Assembly: GCA_030704615.1 (NCBI GenBank) | Contig: JAKLZA010000104.1 | Span: 1-13,720, forward strand | From: Takakia lepidozioides | Taxonomy: Eukaryota; Plantae; Bryophyta | DNA: 13,720 nt | Direction of reading: 5' to 3' | Part shown: positions 1 through 10,978 of the stretch, piece by piece | Position numbering within the stretch: position 1 is the first letter of the stretch | How the letters are laid out: each line of letters opens with the position of its first letter | Made by a program: the position numbers and the translations under genes | Notes under the pieces: model-generated | The model's input: the letters and a program-made list of their open reading frames with translations, nothing else | Told to the model about the DNA's origin: nothing | The model's database searches: none

Positions 1-2892
1 TAAAAGTAGGAGCAGGACAGCCCCAATCTGGATTCCTCCTTATCATCTCTAAACAACGTTGCCGTGTATCCACACGAATTGCGAACACCTTCCTCGAAAC
101 GACGGCTTTGTGCGAGCAATTCTCCACTGTGAGGCAGACACAGTCGTCTCCACAATGGCTTGGCCATACTGCATAACAGCGGCGGAATGTGGGGCAAGGG
201 AGCGGTGGGAATTTGTTGCACGAAATCCCCGGTTGAAGGCGACGGCGATCTGGAATTTTCTTGGGCTTCCACTGCTGGAAGCACATTGTGGTGGAGGCAA
301 CATGACGGGACTCGAGGTGCTGTCCGAATGTTCCTGTCGGATCTCCAGGAATCCTCTTCGCACCCGGGTTCCTCTTCAATCCTCCGCCTGACAGGGCGAG
401 TCCGGACGTCCCCCTCTAGGTGTTCACCTCTGCGGTGCAGAGGCGTCCCTTTGATCTTCTCTCGCAATGCTGTCGCCCATTTCACTGGATTCTGGACCTC
501 GAAGCTGTTCGTACCAACAATTCCTCCCTGTCCGGCCCAAAGCCCCTGTTTGCCGCTCAGGAACTTGTAGTACGTGGCTTGCTGCATGATTGCTCTGTCG
601 ATGTCCTCCGTGTGGCCGTCACTACGTCCACCAGATGTGCGGCAGAAGACGCTCGCCAGGGGAGTGGCCGATTCTGCCATATTCGTGTTCGGCATGTCCG
701 TGTCGGAATCCAAGCACCGCTCCTAGAAGGACACAAACAACGGTGAGGGACCAATCGAAATGTCCGTAACAGAAAGACAAATGAACGAAATGACAGCAGC
801 CTACCTCCCGCATGTACTGTCCGAACTGTCGATACCGAAAATGCCACCACCCAACCAGCTGTGCAATGCTCCCAGATTGGTTGTCTCCACTGCACCTGAC
901 GTTCCACAAGCCTCGATGATAGCAAACTTAACCTCCGCGTCATCAAATGTGGGTGCATCCTTCCACGCCGTACAAAGGACACGGTGTTCAGCCTGGAATG
1001 AGCTAGCAACAAATTTGGTAGTGTAGTGGGATAGACTCTGCATCCAATGGAATCCACAGGATCTCTCTTTCCCCTCCATTGGAACATTGGGGTCCTCACC
1101 GTACACACGCCGCACCGCTGCCCAGTTGGCCTGAGCGTTGTCTGCCATGAATCCCCTGAAATTGGGCTCTGGCAATCCCGCCCTTGCCATCTGCTCGTTT
1201 ATGCCCTCCCACAGATGCATCTCGGACTGTGTGTCCTCCCCTTTCATCTCGCAGATTGCAATCGTCATGAGCCTCTTGGAGTGATAGTCATAAACATGCG
1301 CACCCATAGTCACCCACTGATGGTTTGTAATTCGCTTGATGTGATCAAACATCACCCAAGCATTCGACAAGTTTCCAGTTGTCATGCGAGTGACCAAGTC
1401 GACTCCACTCCCAGGCCCACACGTCGACATTTTGAAAATGTAACAACGATCGGATTCGCTGCCTTGCCCTGGAAACCTGCTACCTTGGATGTAGTCATAT
1501 CCAGTCATTCGTTTCACCTCCAGGATTGAGTACATGTCCGACCCCCTGCCGAACTCCTGCTTGCAAGATACGATGTGATTCCGCACATTCGGACTACAAA
1601 CGTGCGAGACGGACTCCAAGAGGTCACGCATCTCGTCTTCGGTCAAGGGCTCTCGGTCGGAACCATCTTCAGACATGATTTTGCCAAGAGCAATCTTGTG
1701 GGCTGCCTTCAGCTGAATCTGCTTTGGTCTGGCTCCGGGGCTCAATTTCACCTCCTCTTTTATGATGTCGTGTGCTTCCTGCACAGCCTCACGCATGTTG
1801 CCTCTCGCCAAGGGTGGCAGTGGACCCCAACGTGTATGCAAGCTCTAGTCAAGTCCGGGAGCAAATGGATTACGTAATATTGCTTGGCTCTGCACATGGA
1901 CATGCACGTCGGTGGTTCTTTGCAATGTGCACACTTGAAAGAACCCGCAGGAGCTTGGCTGGAGACAATGAATGGATGATGCGTTGTGCCAGTCCAATCC
2001 GTCTCGTTTCTCCGCCCTCCTTTGGAGAGAAAGTGGAAGCAGGTGGGATTGAGGCACCTCAGCTTCCCCGCACAGAGGACATATCGTACACGAACACCAT
2101 CAGCAATTTTCGTGCTACTGGTCTTCGTCACACACCAGGGGTGTCCGTCATGCTTTCGATCCATGTCTGTTAACATCCCGGAGGCTTTCTTTGACGAAGA
2201 AACAGGTGGAAACTCGAAGATGACATTGCCATCGACTTCGGGAGGCAGAAAAGTTACCTTTCTGACTGGAATTTGGCATAGTCGAGAGCAGCCAGCTCGG
2301 AGCGAGAACCATCGAGGTGATGTTGTCGTAGGAGCTGCACAATGGACCGGGTTGGAGTTATGCTCGAGGGCACATGCGTAGCACCTACAGAGACGTCCAT
2401 GCCGGATTTGAACGACCGTGTGGAGGACATGGGTACCTCAATGCAATCATCTTCCTCGTCGGAAATGTCGAATACGTCCACACGAGAAGCTATGGAGGGT
2501 CTTGACGGTCCAGGTCGGGAATGATTATCGTTGCATACCTCTCTGTTGGCAGTGGCCGCCTCTCGGTTTCCGGACTCCTTTGTGGATGGTGTGGGCAGCG
2601 ACTGATTCGGAAAGGGAATGGGCATTCCCACAGCTCGGTACAGGATGGTGTCTGACGGGGGAACGTGCCATTCGATTCCGCAACCTCCGTCGTTACCTAG
2701 CACGACAATGGTCTCGTCAACCTGTCCAGGAACATCCTTCCTTTCTTCTTCCAAATAAACTGTGCCCGGTTTGAGCTTGAATTTGGAACAAAGGTAAGTT
2801 TCAGTCACTCTGCAAAGTCCTCCCTCGTTTGGGATCCAGGCTCTCCCAAGTTGCGGAGGACAGCAAACTATAGCGTAGGAATTCGGAGCCAT
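1..2892 (-). pseudogene. MULE/Mutator-family DDE transposase with N-terminal GCM-like Zn domain; frameshifted as given (errors or decay); 3' end lies beyond the window start
   Basis: ORFs 2254-3108 (probable start MAPNSY, ATG 2892), 1760-2176 and 801-1841 join via 1-bp frameshifts at ~2270 (LDYAK/IPVRKVTFLPPEVDGNVIFEFPP) and ~1810. Catalytic-type motifs: WVMFDHIKR (D ~1344), FMADNAQANW (D ~1140), the MULE CxxH motif CGFH (~1046-1057), WWHFRYRQF, then a GT-AG intron 804-723 and MPNTNMAES (E ~672). Further frameshifted coding sequence continues to position 1. Confidence 0.8.
1811..2152 (-). other. GCM/WRKY-like zinc-binding DNA-binding domain of the transposase
   Basis: HDGHPW...LCAGKLRCLNPTC...CAHC...C...C...GVHCHP parallels the GCM pattern W...SCLGVVVC..C...CPNC...C...GEHDHP. 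By-eye alignment only. Confidence 0.65.
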
Positions 2893-3415
2893 CGAACACC
2901 GCACGGAGTTGGCAAGTGCGAGGTTCAGTATAGCGACAGACCAAGGCTCACAGGCACCATCTAAGTGGATCTGCGGAGTCCATCGACAATTGGAAGTCGC
3001 ACATTGAAGTGGAAAGTATTGTTTCAAGCTACATGCATGAAGGTGGGAGGTTTGATTCCATAGCCAGTGAGTAGGACAATGATGGCCGATTCGGCGACGA
3101 AATAACATCTCCTGACAGTTTCTCCTGAGGGTGGATCCAGCAGTATTCTCGGTGCAGACAGGAACGTTCGCACTGACAAGTGCCAGGACTGCTGGTTAAA
3201 ACGGTCAGACAACCAAGTTGTGCTCATCAAGACTGGCCGCAATTGTGTTGTTTCGGAACAATGCAACCCATTGAGGTTCCAGATTTCCCGTCACGAGTGA
3301 TTCTGTCGATTGCTGGTGGACGGAAATACGGCGCCGCATTTCCGTATTGCATCTTGGTCATGCAACAGAGCGACGGAAATGCGGCACCGAGTTTCCGTCC
3401 GGGGGAAACCTTTAT

Positions 3416-4150
3416 ACTCTCCAGAACGGAAATGCGGTAACGCATTTCCATCCAGCAAGCACGGTATGTGAAGGTGGAACGGAAATGCGGTACCGCATTT
3501 CCGTTCTGATTGAGATTTATGAACAACGGGAACAGAAATGCGGCACCGCATTTCCGTCCGAGTCGCACTTTTCGACATTCCAGAACGGGAATGCGGCGCC
3601 GCATTTCCATTTTGTATCTGATGCATGGAGCTGAGGGATAGAAATGCTGCAGCACATTTCCGTCCTTAAAAGACATTCATACTCTCGAGAACGGAAATGC
3701 GGTACCGCATTTTCATTCAACAAGCACGTATGTGAAGGTGGAACGGAAATGCGGTACCGCATTTCCGTTCTGATTGAGAATTATGAACAACGGGAACAGA
3801 AATGCGGCACCGCATTTCCGTCCGAGTCGCACTTTTCGACATTCCAGAACGGAATGCGGCGCCGCATTTCCATTTTGTATCTGATGCATGGAGCTGAGGG
3901 ATAGAAATGCTGCAGCATTTCCGTCCTTAAAAGACATTCATACTCTCGAGAACGGAAATGCGGTACCGCATTTTCATTCAACAAGCACGGTATGTGAAGG
4001 TGGAACGGAAATGCGGTACCGCATTTCCGTTCTGATTGAGAATTATGAACAACGGAACAGAAATGCGGCACCGCATTTCCGTCAAAGTCGCACTTTTCGA
4101 CATTCCATAAAGGAAATGCGGCGCCGCATTTCCATTTTGTATCTGATGCC
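3416..4150. repeat. Higher-order repeat: ~2.8 copies of a ~265-bp unit (5 x 53 bp)
   Basis: Units start at 3416, 3681 and 3942 (actctc.agaacggaaatgcggta) with near-identical spacer order. Confidence 0.93.
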
Positions 4151-4220
4151 TGGAGCCGAGTAAGATTCCGACAGCTTCATACAGCGCAATTCCGACCGGT
4201 TGAGACATTCACACTATCCA

Positions 4221-4547
4221 GAACGGAAATGCGGCACCGCATTTCCGTTCTGACTGAAAATCGTGAACTATCTGAACTGAAATGCGGCACCGTATTTCCA
4301 TCCGAGTCGCACCTACCATCATTCCAGAACGGAAATGCGGCACCGCATTTCCGTTCTGACTGAAAATCGTGAACCATCGGAACTGAAATGCGGCAACGTA
4401 TTTCCATCCGAGTCGCACCTACCATCAGGCCAGAACGGAAATGCGGCACCGCATTTCCGTTCTGACTGAAAATCGTGAACCATCGGAACTGAAATGCGGC
4501 AGCGCATTTCCATCCGAGTCGCACCTCCCAACATTCCAGAACGGAAT
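4221..4547. repeat. Higher-order repeat: 3 copies of a 106-bp unit (2 x 53 bp)
   Basis: gaacggaaatgcggcaccgcatttccgttctgactgaaaatcgtgaac...atccgagtcgcacct recurs with palindromes at 4225, 4331 and 4437. Confidence 0.92.
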
Positions 4548-5719
4548 GTATTAGATTTAAAAGGGAAATGCGGCACCGCATTTCCGTTCTGATGAAATAT
4601 CCTGAAACATCGGAATTGAAATGCGGTACCGCATTTCCGTCGGAGTCCCACCATCCGACATTCCAAAACGGAAATGCGGCACCGCATTTCCGTTTTGTAT
4701 GTGAGGCATGGAGCTGTGGAACGAAAATGCGGGAAGGCATTTCCGCCAGCGTCAGACGTTAATACTCTACAGAACGGAAATGCGGTACCGCATTTCCATT
4801 CTGACTGAAAATCGTGCGCAACGGGTACAGAAATGCGGCACCGCATTTCCGTTCGAGTCGCACCTTCCGACATTCTCGAACGGAAATGCGGCGCCGCATT
4901 TCCGTTTTGTATATTCGGCCTGGAGCTGTGCTACGGAAATGTGTTGCCGCATTTCCATCCATGTGAGACCTTCAACCTTTCCAGACCGGAAATGCGACAC
5001 CGCATTTCTGTCCAGGTGAGACCTCTATACTTTCCCGAACGGAAATGTGGCACGGCATTTCCATTCATCAACTAACGTATGTGAAGTGGGAACGGAAATG
5101 CGGCGCCGCATTTCCCTTCTGAATCTCATACATGGAGCTGTGGGACGGAAATGCGGCACCGTATTTCCGTTCAACAACTAAGGTATGTGAAGGTGGAACG
5201 GAAATGCGGTGCCGCATTTTCTTCCAACAAGTACGGATGTGTAGCAGAGTGATCGTACTTAACGGAAATGCGGCGCCGCATTCGCATTCTCGCTCCAACT
5301 CATCAGACGCTGGGACGGAAATGCCTTGAAATGTGAACACGTGGAGCAACGGAATTGCTGCACATGTCGGCACTCTATCTGACTGAAGGGGCATGAGGCG
5401 GCGCGGCCTGACCGTTGGATAATGATGTTTGATTTTCGGACGGCGGGCGTACCCTCAACGATTCGAATTTCGTAATGACGCAAACTCCACGAGGAGACAC
5501 TTTCGTCCAACCTTTCGAACCCAAGTGGTGCATCACCGCCGTTTCATCTACTTTTGTCGTGTCTCCTCAGTCACCCCTCTCGCGCCCTTTCCATCTGCAC
5601 TCTTTGCCCCTTTTCCCTCTCTCTGTTCTTCTTATGCTCGAACCTGAGAGGGGGGAGTTCGTGCACCAGACAGGAGACCTCGTCGCAAGCTCCGGAAATT
5701 ATACTTCGGACGTAGGCCA

Positions 5720-8700
5720 ATGCCGAAGGGGAGGAAGCAGATGCGTCTACAGGAGGAGATTGCCATCTCCGAGCAGCAGGCCACTCAGGCAACCCAGCCA
5801 CCAGTGAGAGCTCCATGCGATCGGGCTGCGCGCAGCTGATCGAGCACCGAACCCCCCATTTTGCTTCTGTAATTCTTAGACTGAATGCTAGGAGACTTGA
5901 ATGCAGAACATGTTTGCATGCCTAACAGGAAAGGTGGACGTGCTGGAGGGATCGCAGGAATCCGAAGAGCCGCAGGAAGAGTCCGAGGAGCTAGCTGCAG
6001 CACGTACACCCACCCGATCCCCGAGCGCGGGTACTCCTGCCGGGCCTAGCCCTCTGCGATTCAAAGACGCGTCTTCGAAGGGCAAGTTCAAAGTCTCAGA
6101 GATCGACTCGCGTTCTTCGATCATGGAGAATCGCCAGCAGGGGTCGGGCCCTTCTCCAGCAAAGTCGAAGAAGAAGCAGCCCGTCCCTCTACTGGCTTCT
6201 GAACCGGCTCAGGCCGATTCACCCCCCCAACGCGAATGAAGCAGCAGGGTAGAAGACAGATTCTATTGCAGCAGACACCTTCACCTGCAAGGATGAGGAA
6301 GCAGAAGGCAATCAGGGCGACGGCCGAACAATCTCCCGCAAAACCGCTTCCACGAGCTGAAGCTCAGTTCCTGGAGGATTTCCCGCCTGCAGATGTTGGG
6401 GCCGACTCTGCTGCAGCGAAGGCAATGGGATCGACCGTTGATCTCGATTTGGTACCGGAGGAGGGTGCTGCCGCTGAACGTTCGCAGGCAGACCTCACCA
6501 CCGATGAGCTAGCAGGCCCGGAGGAGGCCTCTGCAGTGGCAGAATTGCCCGCACACAGGCCCCAGAGTGCAGCTCCAGTTGAGGATGCTCCACCTGCTCA
6601 GCCACTACCGGCACCTACAGACATGTCTCCGGAGGATTTCAAAAGTGCAGCGGATAAAATGTTGGAGGAGACACACAGTAGCATTGGCAGAGTTCTGGGC
6701 AGCAGGGTATTCCAGCGGACTCTTCGAATCCCACTCTGTCGCATGGTCTCCCTTCCCATCGTCAGGCAGGCCCTTCCCGGAGATGTGGATAAGCTCAAGT
6801 TCGCATTTCGAGAAGGGTACCGTCTGGGATCGGCAGCGTTTTACGTTTCCATAGAGAATGAGGACGGCGAAACCCGTGGACCCACTGCCGATGAATTGTC
6901 AACGTGGGATACCCACTGGCACACTCGCAACCACGAATTCGAGGCGACGCTGAAGGGTGATCCCGACTTCGGCCATATGTCGGGAAAAATGTTCTTTGTG
7001 TGGGACGGGAATCACCGACTTCTCGCCTGGTGGGAGTACATCAAGCAGAACCATGCCAAGCACATTGGCTGGCATTACATGGTGGAGTGTGTCATCCTCA
7101 AGGTGAAGGCGGCAGACTCCTCCCTCCTCAAGAATGCCATGGCGGACCTCAACTCGTAAGATACTCATACCCTCCCTAGCACATTCGAAATGCGGTGCCG
7201 CATTTCGGTTTCCATTCTGGTTTGATTCCGTGCTTCCGTGTACTGAACTGGAGAGTGTGCCTTGCAGGGTCACTGAGAATGCGTACGTGCATACCCACAT
7301 GGCACATATGCTGTACAGGGTGAGGAAAACTGGTCTTACTGATCCGCAGATGTTTGCGGAAATGCTGGAGCCGGAGCTCATTCAGAAAGCCGTTGCAAAA
7401 ACAGACCGGACATGGTATCGTCTCACTATGGATGGAATGGTGGAGGTGATATACGAAGTAAGTCGTGCTCCAATTTCCCTCTGCTCATCCTTCCCCAATT
7501 TCCAGTAATGTTTCCACATGAATCGAATGTAACGCTTCTGCATGTTTTTGTTGGCAGTCAAACATCAAGCTGGATTTGGCCCATGCCAAACGCTTCTTCA
7601 TGGAAAGTGAGGGGCAGGTCAAAACGTTGCAGTCATTGACTGAGCACTTGAAGGAAGCCGGTGTCAAGTCCAGAACCAAATACAAGTCAAAGCTTGTGAA
7701 GCTGGTGGCAATTGCAGATCCGGCACTTGGAAAGGACTTCATCCCCGAGATTGCAAAACACTATTCTCGGGCCATGCAGCCGACCATGCAATTGGAGAAA
7801 CTGCATCACCTCTCAACGGCATGTGTGGAGGCGAAAGAGAAGGTGAGGTTTCAATGCACTGAATTTCCTTCCTAGCAATAGCCACTCTCTTCCAGCCACT
7901 GACATTGGATCGGAAATGGCAGACACGGTGGCTGTCGATCTGGAATGCATCCGAGAGCATAAGGACAATGTGGTCTTTTCCACTGGAAGTTTCCGACCCT
8001 GCAGTGGATGTGTGGCTCAACCGTATGACTTGGTGGTTCCAGGTAATTCAAGGTACTTCCCCAGATTTGCTTTTCTGACATGAATTCCCTGAACTGCTAC
8101 GTGACAATGCATTTGGGAATGGCAGGTAATGTCGAATGCAAAGGAGCAAGTCGTAATGCACACAAATTCGTTCGGCTTGTACGTCAAATGGGATGGAACA
8201 CAGACATTGGAAGACTACGTGACACGTTTCAGATGTGCGTACAAGGACAACCTTTTCGCCAGAGAGCTACAGACAGCAAGAAGGAGCGTGGAGTTTACAC
8301 ATCAGGAGGGAGCGGGGAAAGCTGCAATGCGAATTGTTTACAGGTGAAGCACAGCTGCCCTTGTATGCGAAGCCTGGTTACGAGGTTTGTCTCGGAAATG
8401 CGGCACCGCATTCGCATTTTATGTTTTCGGTGGCACTCTGCCAGTAGGTTGGTCTCAAGTTTTGCTCACGCATGCTGACTGCCTTGCAGGTATATGAAAT
8501 ACGTGCTCCTTCAGACAGGGGCCCTGGCTCAAGAGCCCCCGTTCTTCATGGCTTGGACCGTGGCGGGCCCAAGCTGTGTCTACACACCCGAGATGCAGAA
8601 ACAATGGCATCCCGCGCATCTCGTTGGATGCCCGTGGTACCTGGACATGTCTGGCGGTATTGTTGACGAGTCTGAGAAAGATCTGCACGCCTTGGCAGAA

Positions 8701-10842
8701 GAGAAGAGAAAGGAAAGACGTGTCCCTGCTGGGCCAAAGTCGGCAAAGGAATCTGCTGCTCTGGAAGAATCCAGAAAGGCAGCTGAGATGGCACAAAAGA
8801 CGGTGGATGCAGCTGTGCAGGCCCAACAGAAGGGGTCGAAGAAGAGGACTCGCCAGCAAGGAGCAGCTGTTGTGACACCCGCCAAAACGAAGAAGCAGAA
8901 ACAGCCTGTTCAGGAAGAGGGTGAGGAAGAGGACTCCGATGGAGACTTTGCAACCAGCCCACCCCCCCAAACGCAGGCTGCCTCCCCTGTGCCCACCGTT
9001 GTCACCAGAGGCACGAGAACTGGCTCGGCAAAGAAGGCACTCTTCAACCCCCCAGGGGGGCACCCTTTCGAGCCGGTGGAAATGAAGAGGCCGAAAGTGG
9101 CTCCCGAAACTGTAGTCCAGTGTGTAAATGAGAGTTTCTTGGCGGCTTTGGATGGACGGGCAGCCAAGTTGGCATACATGAAGACCATGGAGGGTCTGAA
9201 GGGCAGAGCACTGAAGAAGGCGACTGCCGAAGAGCCTTCCGACACCCCAGGATTTCAGAATATGGTCTCGTTCTTTGAGAGGGTGTGTGCAGACAAGGAT
9301 TGTAGGAGGGGCGGAAATGCCACCGAGTGGTCTTGCGATATGATCATCTTGGATATTCCGGACGGAGAGCCTGTGGAAGGACTGCAAGCTTTGCCATCTT
9401 GGAACAGGTACTCGGAGGACTTTTGGAAGAAAGGATTCGGGCTTGCCCGCATGGTGTTGGACGACAGAGGCTGTGTGGTTGTCCTGGCGAGCAGAGGAAA
9501 AAACACTCAGACAGGAATTGCGAAGTGGACCCGCAAGAGCGCCGTCCCGATTCTGAAAAAGAAGTGGACGTGCATCAACACACTGGGCCTTCGGTCGGAA
9601 GGGAAGAAGGTGATTACGACACTGGCACTCGTCCATTCATTTGCTTGGGTGCTTTCAAATGCGGTGCCGCATTCGGTTTCTAATCGTTTTCCCCCTGTGT
9701 ATGCAGACGAAGCAGTTCGATGCATACTGCTTTGTGAAGGAAAACTCCACCTTTGCTTTCCGGAAGGAGGGAGGAAAGGTTGACCCGAACTGCGACCCAC
9801 TCGATTACGACGTTCTGTTCAACAACGTTCCCAAGGAACTTCTCCCTCATAGCCTCACTTCAACGGAACCCCTGCGGTACTCACGGACTCGGAGCCCTGC
9901 CTTCATTCAGACAATTATGGAGACATGCACAGACGTGGAGGGCACAGTGCTGGACCTCATCTGTGGGACAGGTATGCAGAATCTTGATCTCTGCTGTTCT
10001 GCAAATTCTCGTTAGGATGTAGTTCGCAACATCTGAAGCGCCATGTGGTAATGTGTGGATGGCATTGTAACAGGTGCCTCAATGTGGGCTGGGCGGTTTT
10101 CCGACCGGCACCTCTTTGCCTACGAGGAGGATTCATCCGTGTGGGGATCCCATCTGGAGGGCTGCAACGGAATGTGAAGGCTCCCGACAGAGCGGAAGTC
10201 TCCTCGGATTCGTCGGAGTCCGAGGAAGACACAGTGGACATTGATGCAGAGGAGAACCCGGAATACGAGTGAGTGCAAACATTGTAAGTTTGCAAAGCCT
10301 TCTGGGTCATTTATGTCAAAGGAATTTCCCGACTGTGGTTCTCATTAGTCTCGTTGATGATTGTCATGTGCAGGATTGCAGGGTCCGGGTCGAAACATGT
10401 AGGGCCTACACTTCCTGCCAGGAAGAATGTCCCGTTCTTTGCGAGGGCCGACTTCATGACGAGCCCGGTGAGGGACTACTCCCTTCCTAGTTATGCAGCT
10501 AAACTCGCAAATACAGCGATTAGAAGAAGTGAGAATCCCAGTAAAGTAGAGCAGATTTTGGAGAGGGCTAGGGAGGACAGAAGGATAAGGAAAGAGTTGG
10601 CAGCAGCTCAGACAGGTAGACGGGTACGAAAGTACATATGTGATTCAGCGGATGAGAGCGACGCAGACAGGGAGGAGGACGACCCAACGGAGGTGAGATG
10701 GACAGTTCCGCAAGGGGAAGATGGGATTTTCGAAAGCCTGGCCAACGAGCAGTCCGCTGGAGATGAGAGAGGCACTGAGGGGGTGGAGGAGGAGCAGGAC
10801 AGTCTAGAACAGGATGAGGATTCCGATGATTTTCAAGATTAA
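5720..10842 (+). CDS. Multi-exon gene (~1400 aa): disordered N-terminus, ParB/Srx-like domain, unknown middle region, beta-class N6A/N4C DNA methyltransferase-like domain, acidic tail
   Basis: Inferred exons: 5720-5803 (tentative), 5907-7155 (5' boundary tentative), 7268-7457, 7558-7842, 7923-8042, 8126-8343, 8490-9609, 9707-9971, 10074-10268, 10374-10842. All introns are GT-AG, ~80-146 nt and phase-compatible. Two +1 corrections are needed (C7 run 6222-6228; G run ~10159-10161). Motifs: MFFVWDGNHRLLAW (GNHR ~7007-7018); CDMIILDIPDG (DIPD 9352-9363); RSPAFIQTIMETCTDVEGTVLDLICGT|GASMWAGRFSDRHLFAYEED. Confidence 0.8.
7186..7207. repeat. Solo palindrome copy in intron 7156-7267
   Basis: cgaaatgcggtgccgcatttcg. 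Confidence 0.9.
8394..8415. repeat. Solo palindrome copy in intron 8344-8489
   Basis: ggaaatgcggcaccgcattcgc. Confidence 0.88.
9655..9676. repeat. Solo palindrome copy in intron 9610-9706
   Basis: tcaaatgcggtgccgcattcgg. Confidence 0.85.
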
Positions 10843-10978
10843 TAGAATTTTAATGAAGTCTCTGTAAATGTAAATTCTCTTCCAGAGTATATAAAGGAAA
10901 TTCTGCCCGACATTCGTGACCCCTCTCCAGTGTGCATTCCAGCCACACAATCGCCCAAACCAGGACGCTCCCAAAATC

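Larger units (their letters stand above)
3318..5330. repeat. Array 1: ~36 copies of a 22-bp palindrome (often extended to gaac...gttc) at 53-bp period with variable ~31-bp spacers
   Basis: Palindrome starts read manually: 3322, 3375, 3428, 3481, 3534, 3587, 3640, 3693, 3745, 3798, 3851, 3903, 3954, 4007, 4059, 4112; 4225, 4278, 4331, 4384, 4437, 4490, (4543 partial); 4564, 4617, 4670, 4723, 4776, 4829, 4882, 4935, 4988, 5041, 5094, 5147, 5200; 5264, (5317 half-site). Confidence 0.97.

Noticed and set aside
2893-3108. N-terminal extension of ORF 2254-3108
   Set aside because: Composition looks non-coding; ATG 2892 is the more plausible transposase start.
3318-5330. True CRISPR array
   Set aside because: Spacers recur as five related families in higher-order repeats, there are no cas genes, the context is eukaryotic and intron-containing, and the same repeat occurs solo in introns.
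3227-5394. Many overlapping ORFs on both strands (MRRRIS / KCGAAFP / GNAAPHF)
   Set aside because: Translation artefacts of the stop-free palindrome, which contains ATG on both strands.
8455-9636. 393-aa minus-strand ORF
   Set aside because: Antisense shadow of the large exon 8490-9609, which carries the meaningful motifs and splice sites.
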